Virus record (IMG/VR): IMGVR_UViG_3300037258_000413
Location: 1 to 60,616 of that record
Origin: a virus
Taxonomy: Duplodnaviria; Caudoviricetes
Reading direction: 5' to 3' (one strand)
DNA: 60,616 nt
Numbering within the stretch: the first letter of the stretch is position 1; each line of letters begins with the position of its first letter. Shown piece after piece: positions 1 through 8,470 of the stretch. The notes beneath the pieces were generated by a model. It was not told where the DNA came from. It did not search any database and saw nothing but the letters and a program-made list of their open reading frames with translations. The position numbers were made by a program, and so were the translations under genes.

Positions 1-127
1 GGGGCCGCGGCGGCGGTGCGGGCGGCCGCGATCGCGCGAATCCTGCGCACGGGTGCGCGGCGGCCATGAGCGCCGGGAACCTGTTCGCGGACGCGGCCGC
101 GCTGGCCGCGTTGGCGAGCGCGGCGTT
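1..127. repeat. Terminal direct repeat identical to 60490-60616 (circularisation overlap)
   Basis: Exact 127-nt match; it cuts through the holin-like gene; 127 is a common assembler k-mer. Confidence 0.95.
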
Positions 128-503
128 CACGTGGTTCCGGGGCTGGCGTCGGCGCGACCGGGACCGGGCCGTGGCCGCGGCTACCGCGCCGTTCACCGCG
201 GGACGGGAGGTGGCGGAGGAGGCTGAGCGGCTGCTGGCGTTGCGTGGGGCGACGTTGCAGGAGTCGGAGCGGCGCGAGAAGGACCTGCGTGACCGAAATG
301 CGGAGTTGCAGGCGCAGAACTCTGCGCAGGAGAAGCAGATCAGCGAGCTCTATGCGCGGCTCGGGCATCTGACGGCGGAGAACTCGGAGTTGCACGAGCT
401 CGTGAATCAGGCGAAGACGCGGGAGGAGTCGGACCGGCGCCGGATCAACGAGTTGGAGGCGAAGGTGCAGGAACTGACGAAGCACCTCGGGCTGGGGCAG
501 TAG
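66..503 (+). CDS. Membrane-anchored coiled-coil protein of the lysis cassette
   Basis: N-terminal hydrophobic helix plus long heptad coiled coil; ATGA overlap with the holin-like gene across the circular join. Confidence 0.75.
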   Translation: MSAGNLFADAAALAALASAAFTWFRGWRRRDRDRAVAAATAPFTAGREVAEEAERLLALRGATLQESERREKDLRDRNAELQAQNSAQEKQISELYARLGHLTAENSELHELVNQAKTREESDRRRINELEAKVQELTKHLGLGQ

Positions 504-540
504 GCGCTAGACTGTCCTCGACGACAGCAGTGACGCACGA

Positions 541-574
541 AGCGGTCTCACCCTCCGGGGTGGGGCCGCTTTCG
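541..574 (+). terminator. Terminator hairpin at the end of the late operon
   Basis: agcggtctcaccc-tccg-gggtggggccgct followed by ttcg. Confidence 0.65.
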
Positions 575-597
575 TCGTGCCCAGATAGACTGCGCGT

Positions 598-980
598 GGG
601 GCTGCCGACAGCAATGAGCACCACCTTCGCGGGCAGCCGCCCGAGGCCGCTCTTGCGGCGATGCGGGGAGGCGGTCAGCGGCCCGAGGCTGTTCGTAACC
701 CTCCCCATCGGCAGGCCCCTCCTGTGTCGCGCGGGAGGGGCCGCGCCCAGCTACTAGACGTCGCACCTCGGCGCTTTGTCTGGAGCGCGCGCTATCCTTT
801 TCGTAGAGCTTCGGCTCGCCACTCCCACCACACAGAGAAGGTCGGTCTGAGGCTGGGAGGCGCCACCGCAGCGGTGCGACCGCTCGGCACGTGCGCCAGG
901 GTTCCGCGCATGCACCGACCTGAACGCGCGGCCAAGGGCCGACCGCGAACGGCCCCCTCTTCGGAGGGGGCCGTTTCGTC
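598..980 (+). ncRNA. Candidate structured ncRNA of unknown class
   Basis: TAGACT -10 at 586-591, about nine hairpins, two cUUCGg loops, 3' terminator, no credible ORF. Confidence 0.5.
948..979 (+). terminator. Terminator hairpin, possibly bidirectional
   Basis: aacggccccctc-ttcg-gagggggccgtt followed by tcgt. Confidence 0.7.
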
Positions 981-1117
981 GTGTCCGGACGCGCGTTCGC
1001 CCCGCGCGGGCCCGGTGCGCGGGGCGAAGCGTGATGGTGGGACCTCTACGCTAGCGCAGTGGTCCGACAGCGGCCGTGGCTCGCCCTCGCGGGGTGCTCT
1101 TCAGCCGGTTAGCGCCA

Positions 1118-1390
1118 TTACTTTTCCTCGCGTCCCTCCCTCTCAGCCCGAAGCCTGGCGCGCCTTGCGGCGACCGCGGCCGTGTTGCCGGCGGTACACA
1201 CCTCGCACCGGCAGTGGTAATTGACGTAGCCCCCCGCACCGTGGGGGATCTCCTCGGCCGGCAATTGCGCGCGCCTTTGCTGTCGGCCTGACCACTTGGC
1301 CGCGCCCGCGCCCTTGCACGCGTCGCAGCGGCATCCGGCTCGGTAGGTGGAGGCTTTCCCGTGCGTCCTCATCCTGATCGGCTCCCCCAT
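1118..1390 (-). CDS. Small Zn-finger protein with two HG..Y..CRCxxC repeats
   Basis: HGKASTYRAGCRCDAC and HGAGGYVNYHCRCEVC; a motif type common in actinophages. Confidence 0.75.
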   Translation of the reverse strand: MGEPIRMRTHGKASTYRAGCRCDACKGAGAAKWSGRQQRRAQLPAEEIPHGAGGYVNYHCRCEVCTAGNTAAVAARRARLRAEREGREEK

Positions 1391-1463
1391 CCTCGATCAC
1401 GGGCTTGGGTGGTTCGGCCGCCGTGCCGGTGAGTGCGGCAGCGACACGGCGACCAGCTCAGGG

Positions 1464-1679
1464 TCAGAGCCTCTGGAGCGCGTCGCGGAAGCGCTCGAGG
1501 GTGGCCAGGTCGGGCAGCACGACCGGGGTGTCCAGCGCCAGCGGCGGCGGCGGCGGGATGCTCGGGTCGTGGTCGGGCAGCGTCATCCAGTCGCGGCAAC
1601 GCGGGCACTTGGACAGCGCGGGGAGGGGCGTGGTGGGCATGTGGGCCTTCGGTGTAGGCCCCGGCCGGCACCGCTGCAT
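1464..1679 (-). CDS. Hypothetical protein (CxxC)
   Basis: Position in the leftward operon; CPRC motif. Confidence 0.4.
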   Translation of the reverse strand: MQRCRPGPTPKAHMPTTPLPALSKCPRCRDWMTLPDHDPSIPPPPPLALDTPVVLPDLATLERFRDALQRL

Positions 1680-1726
1680 TCGCGAAGCACACGCAACTGC
1701 AGGAGGACAGGTGCCGGCCGGGGGGC

Positions 1727-1981
1727 TTAGGGGCGCTTCGGGGTGCGCGTCACGGTGATCTTGGTGTCCCGATCCTCGGCCTCGTGGTGGTATTCGCCCG
1801 TCTCGGCGAGCACCTCCTCGAAGGCCTGCGGCGAAAGGCTCGGCGGGAAGGGGACGCCCCAGCAGGCGAGGGAGTCCTCGACATACCCTCGCGCGTCTTC
1901 CAGCGCAGGCATGCCGGGCTTGGTGTAGGTCATCCCGCGGGTGCGCACCACGACGTCATACGCCACGTAGGCCACCTTCAT
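1727..1981 (-). CDS. Hypothetical protein
   Basis: MKVAYVAYDVVVRTRG..., protein-like composition, overlaps the STAS gene end. Confidence 0.6.
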   Translation of the reverse strand: MKVAYVAYDVVVRTRGMTYTKPGMPALEDARGYVEDSLACWGVPFPPSLSPQAFEEVLAETGEYHHEAEDRDTKITVTRTPKRP

Positions 1982-2330
1982 CCCCGGGCGGCGCGAGCTC
2001 GCCAATGTCTTCGATGAGCTCGAACAGCCCGAGGGTGCCGGTGCGCCAGAGAAGCTCGAACACCCTCATCGGCGTGCGTGCGAGATACGTCTTGCCGCCG
2101 CGCTCATGGGTGCGTTTGACGGCGCCGAGCAAGACGCCCAAGCCGGTCGAGTCGCAGAACTCGACGGCGCCGACCGCCAGCACGATGTCGCCGGACGGAG
2201 AGTCGGCCAAGGCCTGCGCGATGTCCTCGCGCAGCCGGGGCGCGGTGTAGAGGTCGAGGATCGCGGGCGCGGCCACCACGGCGCGGTCGTACTCGACGCT
2301 CACGCGCAGGGAGGGGGTCTTGGTGCTCAC
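1956..2330 (-). CDS. STAS-domain anti-sigma-factor antagonist (RsbV/BldG/SpoIIAA-like)
   Basis: LDLYTAPRLRE...VEFCDSTGLGVLLGAVKR with the conserved phospho-Ser; GTG start overlaps the upstream stop. Confidence 0.88.
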   Translation of the reverse strand: MSTKTPSLRVSVEYDRAVVAAPAILDLYTAPRLREDIAQALADSPSGDIVLAVGAVEFCDSTGLGVLLGAVKRTHERGGKTYLARTPMRVFELLWRTGTLGLFELIEDIGELAPPGDEGGLRGV

Positions 2331-2575
2331 CGGAGCAGGTCCGCCGCGCCGTGCACGGCCGGGGGCTGCGCGCCTTGGCCGACGAGGTGGCGGTGGATCG
2401 CGGCGTGCAGCTCGGTGGCGGCGTTCTCGTCGAGTACGAGCTCGTAGGTGGCGACGGTGTAGCGGCCGTCCTTGAGTGCGACCGGGAGTGCCAGGCGTCC
2501 GGCGTGCGTGGTGCGCGGGGGTCCGGCGAGTTCGAGATGGTCGATCTGCGTGCTGACGGTCAGCGTCTGGTTCAC
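2327..2575 (-). CDS. Hypothetical protein, first gene of the XRE-associated operon
   Basis: GGAG RBS upstream; coupled to the STAS gene. Confidence 0.65.
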   Translation of the reverse strand: MNQTLTVSTQIDHLELAGPPRTTHAGRLALPVALKDGRYTVATYELVLDENAATELHAAIHRHLVGQGAQPPAVHGAADLLR

Positions 2576-2630
2576 AGAAGTCTCCCAAAGTGGATGGCTT
2601 TGTGAACGTAACGGCTCGTCAGGCTGCTGC

Positions 2631-2697
2631 CCCGGAGGATTCGTCCGGGAAGAGTAGCCCTCCGGGTTGGATGATCAACCCGGAGGGTTTCTCCGGG
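2631..2697 (-). promoter_or_regulatory. Two CCCGGA-N7-TCCGGG palindromic operators flanking a -10 (TACTCT)
   Basis: Palindromes at 2631-2649 and 2679-2697, half-site at 2661-2666, minus-strand TACTCT at 2651-2656. Confidence 0.65.
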
Positions 2698-2700
2698 TTC

Positions 2701-3933
2701 TTAGACGGCGACGCCGAGCCGGTCTGCCATGGCGCGCACATCGCGCCGGTAGAGCGACTTGTTCTTGTGCACCAGGTCGCGCACGGCCTCCCGGGCGACC
2801 GGGAAGAACTTGATCTCTTCCGGGGACTGCGCCTCGATGCGCTGGAGCATGTAGAGCGTCCCTAGGTCGTCCTTGACCAGGCGGTTCGCCTGCATCACCT
2901 CGACCAGGTAGCGGGTGGTGCGCTCGAGCGGCAGTATGCCGGGGACGATTTCGACGTCGTCGGCCAGGCGCAGCGCCTCGGTGGGGTCGCCGTCTTCGCC
3001 GGCGAGGTGCACGCTGTGCATCTTGACGTTGGTCGGCCCGAAGCTCGTCCGGAAGTCGTTTCGGTCGGCGCCGAGGCGCTGCGCGACGGTGTCGGCCTGC
3101 CGGAGGTAGTCCCAGCCGCGGCTGGACTGCCCGGAGCGGGCGCTGGCGATGACGGCGACCAGGTGCAGGGCGCCGTAGACGGAGATGTATTCGGCGCTGG
3201 CGTCCTCGGGGATGGGGGTCATCATGCCGATCATCTCGCGCACCAGGTCCAAGGCGAGGTCGCCTTCGCCGCGGTTGAGCATGATCGCGCCGAGGTTCCA
3301 TGCGCTGGCGCCCATCCACACCGGGTCGCCGAGTTCGCTCGCATAGGTCAGGGCGCGGTCGGCCGCGGTGCGGGCGAGCTCGCGTTCCCCGAGGCGCTTC
3401 AGGAACACCTGCAGGAGGTGGTAGACCTCGATGCGGGAGCGCGCGGCGGCTTCTGCGCCGGGTCCTGCGGCGCGCGTGGAACGGTAGGCCTCTCCCAGCA
3501 GGTCCGGCAGGCCCGGTCCGAGCCTGGCGTAGCGGGCGGTGTCGGTGTCGTAGATCGTCCACGCGGCGCTGACGCGCTCGGCCAGGGCCTCGGCGCCCAG
3601 GGGGGAGCCGGGCAGCGTGTTGCCGCGCAGTGCGGGCAGCCGCGTCATCGCGGCGCGGATCTCGGCGACGGAGGCGTGCTCGGGTGTTTCGCTCGAGGAG
3701 ACGGCGAGCGGGTGGCCGGTCAGGTCGACGAGGTCGCGCACGCTGAGGGCGCGGGCGAGTTCGATGAGCATGCTGTACCGGTCGACGGGCAGGATGCCGC
3801 GCTCGACCTTCGAGACCCAGTCCTCGGAGCGCCCGACCATGGCGCCGAGGGAGAGCTGGTTCAGGCCCCTGCGTTCGCGGTAGTAGCGGACGCGCTCGCC
3901 GATCGGGAGGTCGAGGCTGCTGGTCTGGTCCAT
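2701..3933 (-). CDS. XRE-family HTH regulator with large helical (TPR-like) C-terminal domain
   Basis: IGERVRYYRERRGLNQLSLGAMVGRSEDWVSKVERG HTH; 410 aa, typical actinomycete XRE architecture. Confidence 0.9.
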   Translation of the reverse strand: MDQTSSLDLPIGERVRYYRERRGLNQLSLGAMVGRSEDWVSKVERGILPVDRYSMLIELARALSVRDLVDLTGHPLAVSSSETPEHASVAEIRAAMTRLPALRGNTLPGSPLGAEALAERVSAAWTIYDTDTARYARLGPGLPDLLGEAYRSTRAAGPGAEAAARSRIEVYHLLQVFLKRLGERELARTAADRALTYASELGDPVWMGASAWNLGAIMLNRGEGDLALDLVREMIGMMTPIPEDASAEYISVYGALHLVAVIASARSGQSSRGWDYLRQADTVAQRLGADRNDFRTSFGPTNVKMHSVHLAGEDGDPTEALRLADDVEIVPGILPLERTTRYLVEVMQANRLVKDDLGTLYMLQRIEAQSPEEIKFFPVAREAVRDLVHKNKSLYRRDVRAMADRLGVAV

Positions 3934-4200
3934 CGGGTGCTCCCCGGGGCTTCGGCGCAGATCCGGGTTCGCGCTCCCGGGAGCGGCTGGCTGCCGTCGG
4001 GGGCTGTCCGTAGACTGCGTGTTGGTGAATGGCTGTTCTCAGAGTACGTCTGTCGCGGGCGCCCTGGGAACCGACTCGGCCCGACCGCCCTTCCAGGGTG
4101 GCCGGGCCGACGCGTTCACACGGCGGCCGCCTACCGATCACGGTCGGTGAGAGGTACGATCCTGCGTCGTCACACAACGTCGCCACTCGCAGGGGGAACC

Positions 4201-4470
4201 ATGAGCACCGAGTCCACGACGCCCACACCCGCACCGAAGCCGCGGGCCGCCACGGCAGCGCGGCCGGTCGACACGATGCCGTTCGAGCGCGAGCACCTGG
4301 CGCGCCTGACGCCCGAGGAGCGGTCGGCGATCTATCTGAACTCGATCCGCAAGTCGATGATCTTCTTCGTGGTCGTGGCCGTCGTCGGGATCGTGGCCGC
4401 GGTCATCATGGGGATCCTCGTGATCGGCGCCATCCACTCCGGCCAGACCGCTACGACCTCCGGCTTCTGA
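4201..4470 (+). CDS. Small single-pass membrane protein
   Basis: GGGGG RBS, hydrophobic IFFVVVAVVGIVAAVIMGILVIG, followed by a terminator. Confidence 0.75.
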   Translation: MSTESTTPTPAPKPRAATAARPVDTMPFEREHLARLTPEERSAIYLNSIRKSMIFFVVVAVVGIVAAVIMGILVIGAIHSGQTATTSGF

Positions 4471-4490
4471 GCACGCGCACACCGCTACAC

Positions 4491-4521
4491 GAGGGCGCCC
4501 CCGGGCTGGGGGGCGCCCTTT
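4491..4521 (+). terminator. Intrinsic terminator
   Basis: gagggcgccccc...gggggcgccc followed by ttt. Confidence 0.7.
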
Positions 4522-4573
4522 CCTATGTGCCTGTCGGTTTTTTTCTGGCGAGAAACGGTGACAGGCATATAGG
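4522..4573. other. Candidate attP site of the serine integrase
   Basis: 52-bp imperfect inverted repeat: CCTATGTGCCTGTC (4522-4535) and GACAGGCATATAGG (4560-4573), centred on GG 4547-4548, just upstream of int. Confidence 0.75.
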
Positions 4574-4593
4574 TTGGACGATACGGTCAAGCC

Positions 4594-6018
4594 ATGGAGC
4601 AGCATCTACGAGCCTTCATCTATGACCGGACGTCGCGCGACATCAGCGGCCGCGGCACCGCGAACCGCGACCAGAACATCGAGAACGAGCGGCTGTGCCG
4701 CGAGTACGGCTGGGAGATCGTCGCCCGGTTCAGCGACGCCGGGAAGGGCGCCTCCCGCCATGCACGGAGCAAGCGCCGGGACTACGAGGAGATGGTCGAG
4801 CGCCTCCAGCGCCGTGAGGCCGACGTGCTCGTCGTGTGGGAGGCCTCCCGCGCCTACCGCGATCTCGAGGTGTACGTGCAGCTGCGCAACCTCTGCACAC
4901 GCCACAGGGTGCTGCTGTGCTACGACGGCACCGTCTACGACATGACGCGCAGCGAGGACCGGTACCGCACCGGCCAAGACGCCCTCCAGGCCGAGCGGGA
5001 GGCGGACAAAATCCGCGACCGGGTGCTGCGCACGACTCGCCTGAACGCCGAGCGGGGCCGTCCCCACGGGCGCACGCCTTACGGCTACCGGCGCGTGTAC
5101 GACCAGGACACGGGCGAGTTGCTCGAGCAGGTTCCGGACGAGCAGCAGGCGCCGATCGTGAGGGAGATCGCGGAGCGGGCCGCCGGCGGTCAGTCGCTCT
5201 ACGGGATCGCCCAGGATCTGAACGACCGGGGCGTGCCGGGCCCGTCGGGCGCCCGTTGGATGCCCGAGGTGCTGCCGGACCTCATCACGAAGCCGACGTA
5301 CATCGCCAAGCGGCAGCACCAGGGCATCGTGATCGGTGACGCGACGTGGAAGCCGATCCTCACGGAGGAGGTCTACTACGCCTGCGTGACGCTGTTTTCC
5401 GATCCTGCGAGGCTCACCGCGAAGAGCCGTGCGATCAAGTACCTTCTGTCGGGGATCGCCAAGTGCAGCGTGTGCAAGTTCGTGGTGCGGCCGCGGCGTT
5501 CGTACGACCGCGAGAAGTGGTCGTACACCTGCGTTACCTGCTTCAAGACCCAGATGCGCACGCCGGCGCTCGATGACATCGTGACGGGCTCGGTGCTCGC
5601 GCATGTGGAGCGGCCCGAGTTCGTGAGAGCGCTGACGGCGGCTGCGGCCGACGATGGGGCGCGTGAGGCGCTGGCGGAGGCGGAGGCGCTCGAGATGCAG
5701 TTGGCCGAGGCGCGGGAGCTGGCGGGCCGGTTCGCGAACGGCCGCATGGCGCTCTCGGCGCTCTCGCTGGCGAAGATGGAGCAGGAGTTGGGGCCGAGGA
5801 TCGAGGGGGCGCGCCAGCGGGCGCAGGCGGTGACCGTGCCGCAGTCTCTGCGGCAGATCGCGGGTCCCGGCGCGCGGGAGCGCTGGGCCGTGATGGAGCA
5901 GGACCTCGTATGGCGGCGCGCGGTGGTGAAGTCGGTGGTGGTGCCGTGGCTCAATCCTGCGGGCAAGGGGGTGCGCACCATCAAGCCGGGCCGCTACGAC
6001 CTGGAGTGGCTGTACTGA
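4594..6018 (+). CDS. int: Large serine integrase
   Basis: YDRTS catalytic Ser, WEASRAYR, recombinase domain GRTPYGY, Zn-ribbon LLSGIAKCSVC...YTC. Confidence 0.95.
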   Translation: MEQHLRAFIYDRTSRDISGRGTANRDQNIENERLCREYGWEIVARFSDAGKGASRHARSKRRDYEEMVERLQRREADVLVVWEASRAYRDLEVYVQLRNLCTRHRVLLCYDGTVYDMTRSEDRYRTGQDALQAEREADKIRDRVLRTTRLNAERGRPHGRTPYGYRRVYDQDTGELLEQVPDEQQAPIVREIAERAAGGQSLYGIAQDLNDRGVPGPSGARWMPEVLPDLITKPTYIAKRQHQGIVIGDATWKPILTEEVYYACVTLFSDPARLTAKSRAIKYLLSGIAKCSVCKFVVRPRRSYDREKWSYTCVTCFKTQMRTPALDDIVTGSVLAHVERPEFVRALTAAAADDGAREALAEAEALEMQLAEARELAGRFANGRMALSALSLAKMEQELGPRIEGARQRAQAVTVPQSLRQIAGPGARERWAVMEQDLVWRRAVVKSVVVPWLNPAGKGVRTIKPGRYDLEWLY

Positions 6019-6066
6019 CGGGCCGTCACGGGGCGCGGGCGCCGAGGGGGATCACAGGGGTTTTAT

Positions 6067-6243
6067 CTAGTCGTGCGGCTCGTCGGGTGCGTCCTGGGCG
6101 AGGATGCGGACGGTGTGCGCGGTGGCGTTGATCCGCTTGGTGACGTGGCGTAGCTCACTCCTGATGCCGTGTAGTTCATGCCAGCACCCCCCCGCCATCA
6201 CGAGCACCGTCAGTACCGCGATACGCACTAGTAGTGTGACCAT
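6067..6243 (-). CDS. Small membrane peptide downstream of the repressor (58 aa, below the ORF-track cutoff)
   Basis: Manual translation: MVTLLVRIAVLTVLVMAGGCWHELHGIRSELRHVTKRINATAHTVRILAQDAPDEPHD. Confidence 0.45.
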   Translation of the reverse strand: MVTLLVRIAVLTVLVMAGGCWHELHGIRSELRHVTKRINATAHTVRILAQDAPDEPHD

Positions 6244-6252
6244 CCCCTCACG

Positions 6253-6651
6253 TTAAGCCCCTGAACGGGGGGGACGCGTTCCCTCGTCTGGGTGATTTTT
6301 CGCGACCCGGCGTCTAGCGATCTTGATGGCGTTGAGGATCATCTCGCGGTCGATCGGGTCCCAGGTCGCCCACTCCTTCGGGTCGAAGCCGGCGGGTGCG
6401 GCGTCGGCGTCGGTGGACGGGCGCGGGGTGGGGGTGCCTCCGTTGAGGATGGTGCGGATGCTGCCGCGTTCCCATTGGAGGGCGCGTTCGATGGTCGCCC
6501 AGTTGGAGTCGTAGGGGATCGTGCCGTTCTCCCAGGCGTCCCATGCGGGTCGGGAGACGCCTGCGGCGCGTGCAGCTGCGGATTTGGACAGGCCGAGCTC
6601 TTCGCGTCTGGCAGTGATCGCGCCGGCGAGGTCTGGGCCGGTGGTGGGCAT
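6253..6651 (-). CDS. Immunity repressor (XRE HTH)
   Basis: LAGAITARREELGLSKSAAARAAGVSRPAWDAWENG; divergent from the cro-like gene, next to int. Confidence 0.88.
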   Translation of the reverse strand: MPTTGPDLAGAITARREELGLSKSAAARAAGVSRPAWDAWENGTIPYDSNWATIERALQWERGSIRTILNGGTPTPRPSTDADAAPAGFDPKEWATWDPIDREMILNAIKIARRRVAKNHPDEGTRPPRSGA

Positions 6652-6759
6652 GCTCAGATCATTCCTGCTAAGTCTTGCAATGTCTAGCTTTGGTAACGGA
6701 ACTTGGCGGCAGGGCAGCAGGTATTGCTAAGTCTTGTAAAGAGTCATAAAGTCTCCTCC
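6652..6759. promoter_or_regulatory. Lysis-lysogeny switch with divergent promoters and a duplicated operator
   Basis: TGCTAAGTCTTG(C/T)AA at 6666-6680 and 6725-6739; TTGCTA-17-TAAAGT (6724-6752) lies 7 nt before the cro ATG. Confidence 0.75.
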
Positions 6760-7020
6760 ATGGCAGACACACGGCAGCGAGAGTCACCCATGGTGGCCGT
6801 AAACGCCCCCGAGCTGCGGCGCCGTCGCCAGTTGCTCGGTGACAACCAGGCTGAATTCGCCCGCCGCTGCAACATCAGCGCGGGATACCTGAGCCAAATC
6901 GAGAACGAAGTGCGTCGCACCGTGAGTCCCGGCGTCTACGTCCGGATCTGCGATGCCCTCGGTGTACAGGATCGCAAAGAGTTGCTCGCCGCTTCAAGGC
7001 GTGCGGGAGCCGTGCGATGA
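6760..7020 (+). CDS. Cro-like HTH protein
   Basis: LRRRRQLLGDNQAEFARRCNISAGYLSQIEN. Confidence 0.85.
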   Translation: MADTRQRESPMVAVNAPELRRRRQLLGDNQAEFARRCNISAGYLSQIENEVRRTVSPGVYVRICDALGVQDRKELLAASRRAGAVR

Positions 7021-7238
7021 CCATCACACCACTGACAGCGCCCCCCGCGAGCTCCCCACGCGCCCCCCAGGACGCCGAAAAGCCCGCGCCCTACTCCCGC
7101 GAGTACTTCCTCGCACGCCTCGGTCCCGAACTGGTGGCAGACATCGAACGCCGCGTCGCCGAGGCGCCCGCGCCGAGCCCGGCGAAAGTCGAGCAGGTGC
7201 GGCGGCTGTTCGCGGCCGTCCCCCTGCCGCGCTCCTAA
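7017..7238 (+). CDS. Hypothetical protein
   Basis: ATGA overlap with cro; followed by a hairpin at 7247-7272. Confidence 0.65.
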   Translation: MTITPLTAPPASSPRAPQDAEKPAPYSREYFLARLGPELVADIERRVAEAPAPSPAKVEQVRRLFAAVPLPRS

Positions 7239-7308
7239 CGCAAAGACGGTCCCCGAGGCAAGTCGGGGACCGCGAGATCCCTCGAACCCTGATCAGAGAG
7301 AAGGGACC

Positions 7309-7794
7309 ATGTTCGAACAGCCTACCAGGGGTGCTCACCGCGCCCCCCGCCAGCAGCGCCGCTGGTTCAAGCGCACGCGCCCGGCGTGCGGCCCGATCCC
7401 GCCGGTGCCCGTCGCCGAGGAGCCGGTGCTCCCGTCGATGGACCTGCCGGACGGGAGTCTTCTGCGCCAGCGCCCCCGCGACCGCGTCGTGCTGGCGGTC
7501 ACGGACACCGGCTCGGCGCGGATCGGGCACTGGCTGCCCGCGGCGTTCGCGGCGCAGCCGCGGGACGTGGTCGAGGTCATCGACGCCTCCTCGCCGCACT
7601 TCGAGCGCGTCGGCACGGTCGACGCGGTGAGCGGGACCGTGCGTCCGGCCGTGGTGGAGATCCCGGGGGTGGGCACCGCGTATTTCGAGCACGCGCAGCT
7701 CGGCCTCGTGCAGCGCCCGGCCGCGGACACGCTGGTGGCCGATGCGCTGGCCGAGCTGGACGACCTGCCGCTGATGGGCGGTGCGTCCCGATGA
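7309..7794 (+). CDS. Hypothetical protein
   Basis: AAGGGA RBS; coupled to the next gene. Confidence 0.7.
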   Translation: MFEQPTRGAHRAPRQQRRWFKRTRPACGPIPPVPVAEEPVLPSMDLPDGSLLRQRPRDRVVLAVTDTGSARIGHWLPAAFAAQPRDVVEVIDASSPHFERVGTVDAVSGTVRPAVVEIPGVGTAYFEHAQLGLVQRPAADTLVADALAELDDLPLMGGASR

Positions 7795-8123
7795 GCGAGT
7801 ACCTGATCTGGTCGCACGAGCACGGCGCGTGGTGGAAGCCCGCGCGGCGCGGATACACGCACTCCCACTCCGAGGCCGGCCGCTACTCGGAGGCAGCAGC
7901 CCGGCAGATCATCGCGGACTCGGAGCCCGGCTGGAAGCGGGGGACGGTGCCCCCCGAGATGATGATCCGGGTCCCCAAGATCTGCATCGCGCTCACGCTG
8001 GACATGGCCGTGGCCGAGGCGACCGAGCGCATGCTCGCCGCGAGGAACCACGTCGAGTCGCTGCTCGACGACATCGAGCAGCAGCCGCGCGAGGACGTCG
8101 ACGCCGAAGACGGTGCTCGATGA
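7791..8123 (+). CDS. Phage hypothetical protein (YLIWSHEHGAWW...GYT...AGRY type)
   Basis: Recognisable motif; ATGA coupling. Confidence 0.75.
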   Translation: MSEYLIWSHEHGAWWKPARRGYTHSHSEAGRYSEAAARQIIADSEPGWKRGTVPPEMMIRVPKICIALTLDMAVAEATERMLAARNHVESLLDDIEQQPREDVDAEDGAR

Positions 8124-8470
8124 GCATCGAGACCGCTCCCGCGTTCCGCATCACCACTGAGCGCTCGCACCTGATCCGCGAGCGCGGCCACGCCGCCGAG
8201 TCCGTCCCCGAGCTCGCCCTGGACGCGGTGCTCGCGAAGCTCGCCGAGGCCCTGCTGCCGCGCGGGCAGTTCACGAAGGAGGCGATCGCCGAGGCCGTGG
8301 AGGCTGCGGTGGCCATCGCCCACCGGCTCGCAGGGGTGGCCGTGTGCGGCGGCTGCGACCACGGCTGGGGTGATCACGTGGCGATGCGCGGGTGTTTCGA
8401 GTGCGCGTGCACCGCGCGCCGCCCGCACGCCACCGAACTCCAGGCAGCAGTCGGAGGTGTCCGGCCGTGA
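8120..8470 (+). CDS. Hypothetical protein with Cys/His-rich C-terminus
   Basis: ATGA coupling; CGGCDH...H...CFECAC. Confidence 0.65.
   Translation: MSIETAPAFRITTERSHLIRERGHAAESVPELALDAVLAKLAEALLPRGQFTKEAIAEAVEAAVAIAHRLAGVAVCGGCDHGWGDHVAMRGCFECACTARRPHATELQAAVGGVRP

Noticed and set aside
598-980. tmRNA (begins GGGGCTG) or RNase P RNA
   Set aside because: No 3' T arm or CCA end and no GAGGAAAGTCC core; retained only as an unknown ncRNA.
445-1291. Several overlapping Arg/Pro-rich ORFs
   Set aside because: Composition typical of non-coding GC-rich frames; no RBS or motifs.
2327-4470. Arbitrium-like peptide signalling (receptor plus peptide)
   Set aside because: The downstream 82-aa ORF has no signal peptide and the divergent ORF is a membrane anchor; no pro-peptide evidence.
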